64,000 nucleotides of DNA, from the IMG/VR virus record IMGVR_UViG_3300033146_003955, positions 1 through 64,000 of that record. The stretch is one strand, 5' to 3'. Shown here one piece after another: positions 47,994-57,456 of the stretch. Source of the DNA: a virus. Both the position numbers and the translations under genes were made by a program. The number at the start of each line of letters is the position of its first letter. Within the stretch, counting starts at the first letter, position 1. The notes under the pieces are model-generated. The model saw nothing but the letters and a program-made list of their open reading frames with translations, searched no databases and was not told where the DNA came from.

Positions 47994-50358
47994 GTGAAGA
48001 AAATTATTATCCTGGCTGGAGCAATTATTGCGATTATACTTGTGATATCAATTGGTGGAAGTATTTTCTCCACCGTAGACGGTGGAGAAGTTATTGTTAA
48101 ACAGGCGGCAGTTACTGGTGATTTAACCATCTATACCGATGAAGGTTTATTTATGAGGATGTTTGGTAAGTTGACTAGATATTACAGAACTTATGATACC
48201 TATCTTTCTAAAGACCCTCTTGATGGTGGTAAAGGTATGGAAACTATGCCAACTACTGTAAGATTTGGAGATGGTGGTACAGCAGAAATTGGTTCCGTAA
48301 CTCAGTGGAGATTACCTCTTATTGATGAGCCTGTAACTAAAATACATAGAAACTTTCGTTCATCTATTGCCCTTCAGGCTCAGGTACGACAGTGGATTAT
48401 AGATGTTGAAAAGCAGACTGCTTCTATTTTTAAAGCAGATGAAACATACTCAACAAGACGTGGTGAGTTTGCACAGCTTATATCTGACCAAATTGTAAAT
48501 GGTCTTTATCAGACTGAAACTGTTCAAGTTGAAGTTGCAACTAATGAAGTTGATGAAGATGGTATAGTAATTATGTCTATGTCTAATAGAACAGTTATTA
48601 AAAGAGACAAAGACGGTACACCTTTTATTGTAAAAATTGGTATATTTAAAGAGTACGGCCTTGAATTGGTAAACCATACTTTAAAAGATATCGATCAACT
48701 TCAGGGTCGCGTTGCATAGAAATATGTGAATGAAAAGCTGTTTATATGCTGGAACCCCCTAAAGCCTTAATGCCGAAACAGTAATTGGAAACGATAAGCT
48801 GAGAGGAGCGAGAGCAGAAAAAAGTTTAAGGATTTTATCGGAGTTAAAAAATACTGATAAAGTATAATGGGAAATCAGCAGAGAAATTACCGTAAAAACC
48901 TGTAATAAAATAAAATTTCATGTAAGATAATTATATGAAAAGAATAGACTACGACGATACAGTTAGACAATTGATCTTTGATAGCTATAGAGAAGGGAAA
49001 TCAACAAGAGTTATAGCAGAAAATGTTGGTGTAAGTTTTCAAACAATAAACCGTTTTTTAAAAAGAGAAGGTGTAGTTTTGAGAACAACAAAAGAAACTT
49101 CGAGACGATATAGTTTTAACACTTCATTTTTTAATAAAATTGATAATGAAGAAAAAGCGTATTGGTTGGGTTTTATTTATGCTGATGGTTATTTAATTGA
49201 AAATCAACATAATGGTTTAGGTATAACTTTAGGAATAAAAGATAAAAATCATTTAGTAAAATTTAATGAAAGTTTATCATCAAATCATCCTGTAAAAGAA
49301 TACAGAGGAAAATCGGCTTATTCAAAATCTGGTTTTGTGAATTTCTGCAGAGTACATTTAATGGGTGAAGAAGTAAAAAATCAAGTAAAAAAACTTGGTG
49401 TCATTCCTAATAAAACTAAATTTTTAACGTTTCCAAATGATACAATAATTTCGAGTAATTTAATAAGTCATTTTATTCGTGGTTATTTTGACGGAGATGG
49501 TTGTATACATTTAGATAAATCAAATTGCTTCAGAGTAATTCTTGCTGGACAAAAAGTATTCCTTGATGTTATAGTTGAAAAACTTAACATTAAAGAATAT
49601 ACTATGAAAGAGCGTCAAGGTTGTTTCGAGTTGCAAATAAATAAACAAAAAAATATGAATGATTTTTTGTCTAAAATCTATTCAAACTCTACTATTTATT
49701 TAGATAGAAAATATAATTTATTTATTACAGGTTTACGGTAAACTCTCAACGACTACCATACGGCTATCCGAAAGGATAATGGTATAGTCTACTCCCTATT
49801 TTAAATATCTCGAAAGAGAGGGTATAAAGGTATGATGAAACTATTGATGCTCTTATTTCACAGAAGAAAAAAGCAGAACAGGAAAAAGCGGTAGCTATTA
49901 CAAATGCTGAAAAAGCTCGACAGGATGCTATTACAGCAGTTGAAAAAGGTAAAGCTGATGTAGCCCAAGCTGAAGCTGAGGAATTAGTAAGTAAAATCCG
50001 CGCAACCACTACAGCACAGAAAAATAAAGAAGTTGCAGAGTTGAAAGGACAGCAGGAGCTTGAAGTTGCTCGTCTTGGTAGATTAGCTGCTGCTGAAAAT
50101 GCAGCTAAAGAACTAGAACTTAAGAAAGCAGATGCTGAAGGTGCTGCATTGTTGGTGAAAGCTGGACTTACTCCACTTGATGCTGCCAATATTCAGAAAG
50201 AAACAGCTATTGGAGTTGCAAGAGAGTTAGCTAAGATGAATGTTCCCCAGATATTTATAGCTGGTGGTAGTGACGGTGGTACTACGGCTGACCCATTTAC
50301 AGCGGTTGGTCTTCAGGCTATGTTAGACATAACAGCAAGTATGGCAAAGACAAAATAA
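47994..50358 (+). CDS. SPFH/band-7 (prohibitin/flotillin-like) membrane protein; join(47994..48695,49831..50358), 409 aa
   Basis: TM helix, VRFGDGG SPFH core; exons join in frame as ...LKDID|YDETIDALI...; AEA-rich coiled coil in exon 2. Confidence 0.85.
48696..49830 (+). ncRNA. Group I self-splicing intron
   Basis: P1 CGAU|C pairs with GGUCG giving U.G at the splice site; P (AUGCUGGAA), Q (AAUCAGCAG), R (CUCAACGACUA) and S (GGUAUAGUCU) elements; terminal G at 49830. Confidence 0.9.
48935..49741 (+). CDS. Intron-encoded LAGLIDADG homing endonuclease with N-terminal HTH
   Basis: AYWLGFIYADG and FIRGYFDGDG motifs; enclosed by stem UACCGUAAA..ACCUGUAAUAAA / UUUAUUACAGGUUUACGGUA. Confidence 0.92.
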   Translation: MKRIDYDDTVRQLIFDSYREGKSTRVIAENVGVSFQTINRFLKREGVVLRTTKETSRRYSFNTSFFNKIDNEEKAYWLGFIYADGYLIENQHNGLGITLGIKDKNHLVKFNESLSSNHPVKEYRGKSAYSKSGFVNFCRVHLMGEEVKNQVKKLGVIPNKTKFLTFPNDTIISSNLISHFIRGYFDGDGCIHLDKSNCFRVILAGQKVFLDVIVEKLNIKEYTMKERQGCFELQINKQKNMNDFLSKIYSNSTIYLDRKYNLFITGLR

Positions 50359-50365
50359 ATAAAAT

Positions 50366-50387
50366 GAGGTCTTCGGACCTCTTTTTT
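50366..50387 (+). terminator. Rho-independent terminator
   Basis: GAGGTC-TTCG-GACCTC + T6. Confidence 0.85.
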
Positions 50388-50550
50388 ATCCATTGATCGC
50401 ATATTTAATAATATAAAAAACGTATAAAACATCTAATTACATTTAAGTACAAAAATAAAACTTTTAATAAAAAAACTTAACCACACATTTAGAAAACATT
50501 CCTAAAGATACCACTGTATCGACAATAATATATTCAAGGGGGCTACAAGA

Positions 50551-52806
50551 GTGAGTCAGTGGAAATGGAAACAAAAATTATCTGAAGAAATATTTCATGA
50601 TAAATATATGATTAATGATGAAAAAAGTGAACAAGATGTATTTAGCGGAGTTGCTAAAGAAGTTGCTTCGGCCGAAAAAACAAAACAAAAAGTAAATGAG
50701 TGGCAACAAAAATTTTATGATGAAATTTCTACAGGAAGATTAATACCAGCAGGAAGGATTTTAGCTAATGCTAGACCAAATACCAAAATGCCATATTATA
50801 ACAATTGCTATACTATAGATATAGAAGATACTATAGAAGGTATAGGGCAATCACAACAAGAAGATTTAATAATTTCTGCTACCGGTGGAGGAGTAGGAAT
50901 TAATTTTTCTAAATTAAGACCTAAAGGTGCTTCACTATCTAAAGGTGGTAAAAGTTCTGGTGTTATATCTTTTATGAAGGGTTTCAATCAATATGCTAAG
51001 GTCATTGAAACTGGGGGATCGCGAAGAGCCGCTCATATTGGTATATTAAATATTGATCATCCAGAAATTGAAGATTTTATAGTCGCCAAGCAGGGTGATA
51101 TAAATAAAGCTTTAACACAATTCAATATTAGTGTTGGAATTACGGATGAATTCATTAATTGCGTGAAAGGTGACAAAGATTGGGATTTGAAATTTAATGG
51201 TAAAGTTTATAAAACAGTCAAAGCAAAAGATTTATATGAATTAATGACCAAAAATGCATTTGAACATAATGAACCTGGAATTCTAAATTTAGATATTATT
51301 AATAAATATAATAATGGTTATTATGATTTTAATATAGAATCTGTTAACCCATGTGGTGAAATTGTTATGCCTCCATATAGTCTATGTTGCTTATCATCTG
51401 TAAATTTAACAAAATTTATTTCTAATCCATTTACAGACCAGGCAAAATTTGACTTCGATTTATATAAAGAGACGATTAATATTGGTATAAGATTTTTAGA
51501 TAATGTATTAGATGTAACCAAATACCCGTTAGAGAAAATTGAAACTTTATCAAAGAAATGGAGAAGAGTAGGGCTAGGATTCACAGGCTTAGGCAATGTA
51601 TTTACTATGTTGAAAATTAAATATGGAAGTGAAGAATCTAAAAAATTATCACATTTATTGGGAAAAACTTTAAGAGATTATTCTTATAAGGCTTCAATTG
51701 AGTTAGCTAAAGAAAAAGGTATGTTTGATAAATGTGATACCAATAAAATAGTAAAATCAAATTTTATTAAACAATTACCTAAAGATATCGTTAAAGATAT
51801 TAAAAAATATGGATTAAGAAACATAGCATTAAACACAACCGCTCCAACAGGTGCAACATCATTATCGTTAGGAAATAATTGTTCTAGTGGAATAGAACCA
51901 ACATTTTCACTATATTACGATCGTTCTATTAGGACAGGAGTTGGAGATGAAATTAAAACAGAAAAAGTATATGATTACGCATGGTTACAATATTTAGAAT
52001 ATATGAAAAAAAATAATTTTGCTATTTCTGATACACCAGATTATTTTGTTACGACATTTGATGTAAATGAATATGATGCAATAGATATACAGGCGATATT
52101 TCAAAAATATATAGATCATAGTATAAGTAAAACATTAAACTTACCGACAGATATAACATATGAAAATTATAATAAATTATTTATGTATGCATACGATAGC
52201 GAATTAAAGGGTTTTACTACATTTAACAGTTCAGGCAGTGTACGCGGTATATTAAACACAGAAGAAAAAAAAGAATATATTAAAAGAACTGAAGCTCCTA
52301 CAAGACCAGATGAACTTGAATGTGATATTCATGAAATTACAGTACAAGGCAAAAAATTTATCATCCTTGTAGGTAAATTATATGGATCACTTTATGAAAT
52401 ATTTCTCGACTCAAATGATGATGGTACAATTGATGTTAATAATCACAAGACAGGTACTATTAAGAAAAACGGTAAAGGAAAGTATTCTTTAATAATTAAA
52501 AACGGAGTTGATAGAGTAGTTGTAGAAAACCTAGCCACATCTTTTGACGCAACATATGGAGTTTTAGCTCGTTTCATCTCTATGGGTTTAAGGCATGGTA
52601 CTCCTCTTCAATTTATAGTAGATCAATTAAATAGATCAAAACATTTCTTGGGATTTGAAAGAGCCGTAAGTAGAGTATTAAAGAAATATATTAAAGATGG
52701 TGAAATTGTTGAAACAAATGAAATATGCCCGGAATGCGGTAACAAAGAATTAAGATATCAAGAGGGATGTTTAGCATGCACATGTGGATGGAGTAAATGT
52801 TCGTAA
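50551..52806 (+). CDS. nrdJ: Class II (adenosylcobalamin-dependent) ribonucleotide reductase
   Basis: PAGRIL, NNCY, GGGVG, NPCGE, CCLSS, APTG, SGIEP, SISKT; no ATP cone; C-terminal CPECG...CTC Zn ribbon; no beta subunit adjacent. Confidence 0.9.
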   Translation: MSQWKWKQKLSEEIFHDKYMINDEKSEQDVFSGVAKEVASAEKTKQKVNEWQQKFYDEISTGRLIPAGRILANARPNTKMPYYNNCYTIDIEDTIEGIGQSQQEDLIISATGGGVGINFSKLRPKGASLSKGGKSSGVISFMKGFNQYAKVIETGGSRRAAHIGILNIDHPEIEDFIVAKQGDINKALTQFNISVGITDEFINCVKGDKDWDLKFNGKVYKTVKAKDLYELMTKNAFEHNEPGILNLDIINKYNNGYYDFNIESVNPCGEIVMPPYSLCCLSSVNLTKFISNPFTDQAKFDFDLYKETINIGIRFLDNVLDVTKYPLEKIETLSKKWRRVGLGFTGLGNVFTMLKIKYGSEESKKLSHLLGKTLRDYSYKASIELAKEKGMFDKCDTNKIVKSNFIKQLPKDIVKDIKKYGLRNIALNTTAPTGATSLSLGNNCSSGIEPTFSLYYDRSIRTGVGDEIKTEKVYDYAWLQYLEYMKKNNFAISDTPDYFVTTFDVNEYDAIDIQAIFQKYIDHSISKTLNLPTDITYENYNKLFMYAYDSELKGFTTFNSSGSVRGILNTEEKKEYIKRTEAPTRPDELECDIHEITVQGKKFIILVGKLYGSLYEIFLDSNDDGTIDVNNHKTGTIKKNGKGKYSLIIKNGVDRVVVENLATSFDATYGVLARFISMGLRHGTPLQFIVDQLNRSKHFLGFERAVSRVLKKYIKDGEIVETNEICPECGNKELRYQEGCLACTCGWSKCS

Positions 52807-52812
52807 GTTAAT

Positions 52813-52842
52813 AAAGAACCTCTATATATATAGAGGTTCTTT
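52813..52842. terminator. Terminator, perfect 30-bp palindrome
   Basis: AAAGAACCTCTATATATATAGAGGTTCTTT after nrdJ. Confidence 0.75.
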
Positions 52843-53010
52843 TGTTTTACATAAAGACAATTATATAGAATTTAAGGTTTAATAAAACGGAATACTATAA
52901 AATCAAATGATTGGTTAAGTATGAAGTCATGATTAAGATAATAAATAATTAAAACAACTTTTATAAATACGGTAATTCTTAATACTTTAAAGCATAATTA
53001 ATTATATAGT

Positions 53011-53084
53011 AAGGAGGACAATAATGTTGTAGATTAATTCATTATGAACTTATAATTTAATACAAATAAATTAAATTATAGGAG
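53011..53084 (+). promoter_or_regulatory. Leader: AAGGAGG + ATG-TTG-TAG mini-ORF and hairpin overlapping the next SD
   Basis: Directly visible; see findings. Confidence 0.55.
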
Positions 53085-53093
53085 ACTATAAAA

Positions 53094-53468
53094 ATGGTAA
53101 AAATAAGTATTAAAGCAATGGCAACATTATTACGAGAAAAGAAAGAAGAACGCAAAGCAACTCAACGAGCATATTCAAAAATATATTTTAATGGCGAATT
53201 TAATTCAAAAACTTGGCTCAAACAACCTGAGAAATATCTTCAAATTAAACCAATCTTAAATAAAATGGTAGATACTCAATACCAACCTCAAACTATGAAG
53301 GAAGATTTCCGTACTCAGCACATTGTTGATTCAATGTGTAAGGGTAGAAGCATCTCCCAGATTGAGTCTAAGACTCGAGGTACTGAAGATTATAGAATAA
53401 TAAGAGAGAGGTGTTGTAGAGATGCTGTCTCCATCTTAGAAGATATGGGAAAAGAGTGGATTGATTAA
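53094..53468 (+). CDS. Basic hypothetical phage protein
   Basis: AGGAG SD; FR..HI..S..KGR...QIE motif. Confidence 0.7.
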   Translation: MVKISIKAMATLLREKKEERKATQRAYSKIYFNGEFNSKTWLKQPEKYLQIKPILNKMVDTQYQPQTMKEDFRTQHIVDSMCKGRSISQIESKTRGTEDYRIIRERCCRDAVSILEDMGKEWID

Positions 53469-53502
53469 GCATATTTAAAAGTACTTAAAGGTACCTTTTT
53501 AT

Positions 53503-53574
53503 GTCCTATTCGTCTAGTGGTAAGGCACTGGTCTCTAAAACCAGTCAACAACAGTTCGATTCTGTTATGGGACA
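53503..53574 (+). tRNA. Amber suppressor tRNA, anticodon CUA
   Basis: Full cloverleaf: acceptor GTCCTAT/ATGGGAC, D stem GTCT/AGGC, anticodon stem CTGGT/ACCAG with loop CT-CTA-AA (53535-53537), T arm AACAG-TTCGATT-CTGTT; CCA not encoded. Confidence 0.85.
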
Positions 53575-53580
53575 CTACAT

Positions 53581-53741
53581 GGGGATTAGTATATAAGCTA
53601 GTACAGTCGTTAATCGAGTGTAACAGTATCTGGAAACCACTGCAGGGGCGGTACAGAAAAGCTATACACAGTATAGGAGTTGCAACTCTTGTACTTAAAG
53701 TGATTAAAGAAAGGAGAGAGGTTCATAGCCTCTTGTCCCCC
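53581..53741 (+). ncRNA. tRNA-like RNA with a large insertion replacing the anticodon loop
   Basis: GGGGAT/GTCCCC acceptor, GTAT/GTAC D stem, AGAGG-TTCATAG-CCTCT T arm, internal helices. Confidence 0.5.
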
Positions 53742-53764
53742 TTATTTTATAAAAGGAAAATATA

Positions 53765-54118
53765 ATGAGACAGATTAAAAGAGTACCGGAAAATGGCTTT
53801 ATTTATATAATTGCAAAACGTGATAAACATGATGTTTTAAGAGTTCATAGTACGGAAGGTTTATATGCACGACATAACAGTTTCGGTGAAAAAGAGGGAC
53901 TAGTTTATTTATATAATAAAAAAGAATTACTTAAAATTAAAACGAAGAAGGACGATTTTGTTATTAAGATAACATCTAAAGCTATAAAACAAATGTATGA
54001 AATAACACGTAAGAAAAGTTGGGATATATATTCTTATTATATTAAAGATAGAGTTGATCCTCTTTATAGGACGGCATTAAAATATGGAAATGGTAAACAT
54101 TCAAAGCATGTTGCATAA
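53765..54118 (+). CDS. Hypothetical protein
   Basis: AAGGA SD. Confidence 0.6.
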   Translation: MRQIKRVPENGFIYIIAKRDKHDVLRVHSTEGLYARHNSFGEKEGLVYLYNKKELLKIKTKKDDFVIKITSKAIKQMYEITRKKSWDIYSYYIKDRVDPLYRTALKYGNGKHSKHVA

Positions 54119-54184
54119 TTTATATTATGCAGAAAAGGCTAAAGCTTTATTATTAAGACCATATTGTTTCCATTGGAGTTCCAA

Positions 54185-54463
54185 ATGAATGAGGAAGTGA
54201 AAGCTAAACATCTCCTTTTAGGAAGCAAATGTAGTAATTGTATATATTGTGGTGCTGAGCCTAATAAAATTAGTTGTGTTCTCTCTCAATCATCTATAGG
54301 TAAAAATCGTATTTTTATACATGAAAATTTTTGTAGTTTTTATCTCTCAGACAAACTTATGAAAAATGAAAATTTCCATAGCAAGGTATATTCTAATTTA
54401 AAAAATTTTGGAAATTTGGAGAATGTTGTTAAGGAAATGGAGACATATCGTGGAATTAGCTAA
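54185..54463 (+). CDS. Cys-cluster protein with N-terminal AKxLL motif
   Basis: MNEEVKAKHLLLGSKCSNCIYC; GGAG SD. Confidence 0.65.
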   Translation: MNEEVKAKHLLLGSKCSNCIYCGAEPNKISCVLSQSSIGKNRIFIHENFCSFYLSDKLMKNENFHSKVYSNLKNFGNLENVVKEMETYRGIS

Positions 54464-54725
54464 ACAACTTTTATTAGGGAGGGATTGTAAGAACTGTATA
54501 TATTATACTACTCGTGAAAAGCTTGTGAGCGATCGTTGTATGTTGGAACATTATCCTGGAAGGGGAGACGATTATCCAGGTCATAATTTGTGCACCTCAT
54601 ATGCTTCTTGCACTATACAGAATAATAATGATTTTATGCGTGCTATAATGCTTCGCAAGAATTACGTCACATTTGATGATATGAAATACTTTGTAGAAAA
54701 AGTAGAAGAATATAAAGATGAATGA
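54450..54725 (+). CDS. Cys-cluster protein, paralog of previous
   Basis: VELAKQLLLGRDCKNCIYY; GGAG SD before GTG 54450. Confidence 0.65.
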   Translation: MELAKQLLLGRDCKNCIYYTTREKLVSDRCMLEHYPGRGDDYPGHNLCTSYASCTIQNNNDFMRAIMLRKNYVTFDDMKYFVEKVEEYKDE

Positions 54726-54736
54726 TTTAAAAATAT

Positions 54737-54916
54737 ATGAAGTATAGAAACGAAGTAAGATCTACAATATATGTAAGGCCGCTACATAATCCTAAACGAG
54801 GGAAATGTGATTTATGTTCTACTTATACTTGGACACATAATACAGAGTTTGAAGGTGAGGAATTATATCTTTGTAATAAATGTAAAGAGGATTTGTTTTA
54901 TCATGAAAGTAGGTGA
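54737..54916 (+). CDS. Small Zn-finger protein (missing from ORF track)
   Basis: MKYRNEV...CDLC...LCNKCKEDLFYHESR*. Confidence 0.55.
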   Translation: MKYRNEVRSTIYVRPLHNPKRGKCDLCSTYTWTHNTEFEGEELYLCNKCKEDLFYHESR

Positions 54917-55151
54917 TTGGCTTTTTGAGGCACATGATATAGGAGGAGATGAAATAAATATATTAATGGAAATTATATATATTGATAAAGATGAACTTGA
55001 AGTTATGTGGTATGATACGAAAGAAAGTTGGCCAGAAATAGATAAAGAAGTAATAGCAAGAGATGAAATAGAACGTTATTTAGACACAGGCGATATTGTA
55101 ATAATAAATGAAATAGAAGCAGCTAAATATTTATTAGCGGGGATAAAATGA
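54903..55151 (+). CDS. Hypothetical protein with C-terminal AKxLL motif
   Basis: GAGGA SD; MKVGDW...EIEAAKYLLAGIK. Confidence 0.6.
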   Translation: MKVGDWLFEAHDIGGDEINILMEIIYIDKDELEVMWYDTKESWPEIDKEVIARDEIERYLDTGDIVIINEIEAAKYLLAGIK

Positions 55152-55657
55152 CAAGCGGAAAATTAATTGAATTATTGAAAGAAGTAGATCCAGAAGGTAA
55201 ATATCATATAAGAGCAAGTGGTGGTGCAGTTTTAGATGTTGAGAGGAAACCTGGTTATTGGGACGGGATGTATAGATATTTTGATGAGGATGGTAATTTT
55301 GTAATTTCCACTGAAGGTGATAAAATTGATATTGATTCTATAGACCTAGAAACATGGATTTGGAATAGTAAAGGAAATGAAGATAAGGTTAAATTTGATC
55401 TAACTTACTTAGATGATGGTGAACACGAGAGAGATATTAAAGATAAAATCAAAGAATATGTAAAAGATAGAGACAGGTTAAGTGATCAATTTATGAAATC
55501 TTCTGTTTATGACATAATGTTGAAGATAAAAGGAGGCTGGAAAATTATTCAGAGGGGTGAAAAATGGTCTGGTACTTACTATGTTAAAGGTGTGAGAAAG
55601 AAGAAATTAACTGTGGGTGAAATAAGAACGCTAAAGGATTCGAAGCTCTTTAAATAA
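55148..55657 (+). CDS. Hypothetical phage protein
   Basis: MT..KLIELLKEVDP...PGYWDG. Confidence 0.65.
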   Translation: MTSGKLIELLKEVDPEGKYHIRASGGAVLDVERKPGYWDGMYRYFDEDGNFVISTEGDKIDIDSIDLETWIWNSKGNEDKVKFDLTYLDDGEHERDIKDKIKEYVKDRDRLSDQFMKSSVYDIMLKIKGGWKIIQRGEKWSGTYYVKGVRKKKLTVGEIRTLKDSKLFK

Positions 55658-55723
55658 AAAAAAGGTAGATGGAAATTAATAGTTAAAATGTAATTAAATA
55701 CCTCCTCCCCCTAAAGATAGTAT

Positions 55724-55981
55724 ATGATATATTTCACACCGGAGTTGTATACTTTCTATTCATATGGAATTAATTATGAAACTCGTTACTATTATCACTT
55801 TGATGAGAGTATTGACGTTTGGTATTATTTAATTTATGAAAATGGTCGTATAATTAGAAGCCATGAATTTGATAAATTTCTTCGTCTTCGTTATGATGAT
55901 CACGATAAAATTGATTATGACCCCTCCAATAAAATATGTCATGAATTTTTTCAATTTGTATTTAGATTCGAAGGATTATAA
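55724..55981 (+). CDS. Hypothetical protein, leaderless, with IxxIF-like motif
   Basis: AAGATA 4 nt before ATG; HEFFQFVF. Confidence 0.55.
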   Translation: MIYFTPELYTFYSYGINYETRYYYHFDESIDVWYYLIYENGRIIRSHEFDKFLRLRYDDHDKIDYDPSNKICHEFFQFVFRFEGL

Positions 55982-56080
55982 TGGCAAATAGAAATGGAAG
56001 AAGGTGATCAAATAAGGAATAAGTAGAAAACAAACTTAATAAAAGCATAATTAAATATATAACTAAAAGTAGGAGTAAAT

Positions 56081-56377
56081 ATGAAATTAAAAGTATTCGG
56101 CGATAGAATTGTTTTTAGAGCCCTTCCAGATGACCAAGTCATAGAAGAGAAATCAGCAGGTGGTATCATTATACCCCAAGCAGTCAGAGAAAATATGAAA
56201 GCTCAAAGACGTAACTACAAAGGTGAAGTAGTTATGGCGGGTGATAAATGCGAATTTGTTAAGGAAGGCGATATAGTTAGCTATGATGAATACGGTGTTG
56301 CATCCTTTTGGCATTTAGGTGAAGAATTGATAATTGTTCGTGAGAAGGATTTAATTGGAAAATATGACGAAGATTAA
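56081..56377 (+). CDS. groES: Co-chaperonin GroES
   Basis: MKLKVFGDRIV...EKSAGGIIIP...GEVVMAG...VKEGDIV...IVREKDLIG. Confidence 0.88.
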   Translation: MKLKVFGDRIVFRALPDDQVIEEKSAGGIIIPQAVRENMKAQRRNYKGEVVMAGDKCEFVKEGDIVSYDEYGVASFWHLGEELIIVREKDLIGKYDED

Positions 56378-57456
56378 TGCCTTCTAAATTAACAACCAAA
56401 GAATTTATAAATAAAGCTAAACAAATACATGGCAACAAATATGATTATTCTTTGGTTGATTATAAAAATAATAAAACTAAAGTTAAAATAATATGTTCTA
56501 AGCATGGTATATTTGAACAGGTTGCATCGAATCATATGAACGGTTCGATTTGTCCAATTTGTGCAAATCGTGTTCAATACACAACTAAAGAATTTATAGA
56601 GAAAGCTAAACAAATACATGGTAACAAATATGATTACTCTTTGGTTGTATATAAAGGTAATAAAGGTAAAGTTAAAATAATATGTCCAGAACATGGTATA
56701 TTTGAACAAACGCCTAATAACCATTTAAGTAAAAAAGTTGAATGTCCAAAATGCAAAAATACTAAATATACAACTGAAGAATTTGTAGAGAAAGCTAAAC
56801 AAATACATGGCGAAAAGTATGATTATTCATTAGTTAATTATAAAAATATAAAAACTAAAATTAAAATAATATGCCCTAAACATGGTATATTCGAACAATT
56901 TCCGGTACATCATATTAGAGGCACAAAATGCGCTAAATGTGCAAATTCTAATTTGTATATGACTACCAATGATTTTATAAAAGAAGTCAAAAAAATACAT
57001 GGCGAAAAGTATGATTATTCTTTAGTTGATTATAAAGGTTATATATCAAAAATTAAAATTATATGTATAAAACATGGTATGTTTGAACAAGACACTTATT
57101 CGCATTTACACGGAAGTGGTTGTCCCAAATGTAAAGAAAGTCAAGGTGAAACTAAAGTTCGTTTATTTTTAGAAAAGAAAAATATAAATTATATACAAGA
57201 ATATAAATTTAAAAATTGTGTTTCGAAAGAATCATTAAGATTTGATTTTTATCTTCCTACTGAAAATATCTTAATAGAATATGATGGAGAACAACATTTT
57301 AAAGCTATGAATTATTTTGGTGGCATTGAAGCCTTTAATAGATTAAAAATACGAGATGAAATAAAAAACCAATATTGTATTGATAATGATATACAATTGA
57401 TAAGAATTAAATATGATGAAAGCGTAGAAGATAGATTAAATGAAAGTAATCTTTGA
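56377..57456 (+). CDS. Putative homing endonuclease: four Zn-binding repeats plus C-terminal PD-(D/E)xK/Vsr-like domain
   Basis: 4x TT.EFI.KAK.IHG.KYDYSLV.Y......IIC..HG.FEQ...H....C..C; FDFYLP...IEYDG.QHF. Confidence 0.8.
   Translation: MPSKLTTKEFINKAKQIHGNKYDYSLVDYKNNKTKVKIICSKHGIFEQVASNHMNGSICPICANRVQYTTKEFIEKAKQIHGNKYDYSLVVYKGNKGKVKIICPEHGIFEQTPNNHLSKKVECPKCKNTKYTTEEFVEKAKQIHGEKYDYSLVNYKNIKTKIKIICPKHGIFEQFPVHHIRGTKCAKCANSNLYMTTNDFIKEVKKIHGEKYDYSLVDYKGYISKIKIICIKHGMFEQDTYSHLHGSGCPKCKESQGETKVRLFLEKKNINYIQEYKFKNCVSKESLRFDFYLPTENILIEYDGEQHFKAMNYFGGIEAFNRLKIRDEIKNQYCIDNDIQLIRIKYDESVEDRLNESNL

Noticed and set aside
50041-50358. Stand-alone 105-aa gene, and minus ORF 49764..50189
   Set aside because: Part of exon 2 of the SPFH gene and its antisense shadow
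50551-52806. Intein or intron in the reductase; class I NrdA call
   Set aside because: Length and motifs are contiguous; C-terminal Zn ribbon, no ATP cone and no adjacent beta subunit favour class II
53581-53741. tmRNA
   Set aside because: About 160 nt, no G3.U70 pair, has a D stem, and no Ala-ending tag frame
53517-53765. 82-aa ORF in the track
   Set aside because: Overlaps the tRNA and tRNA-like RNA; no SD
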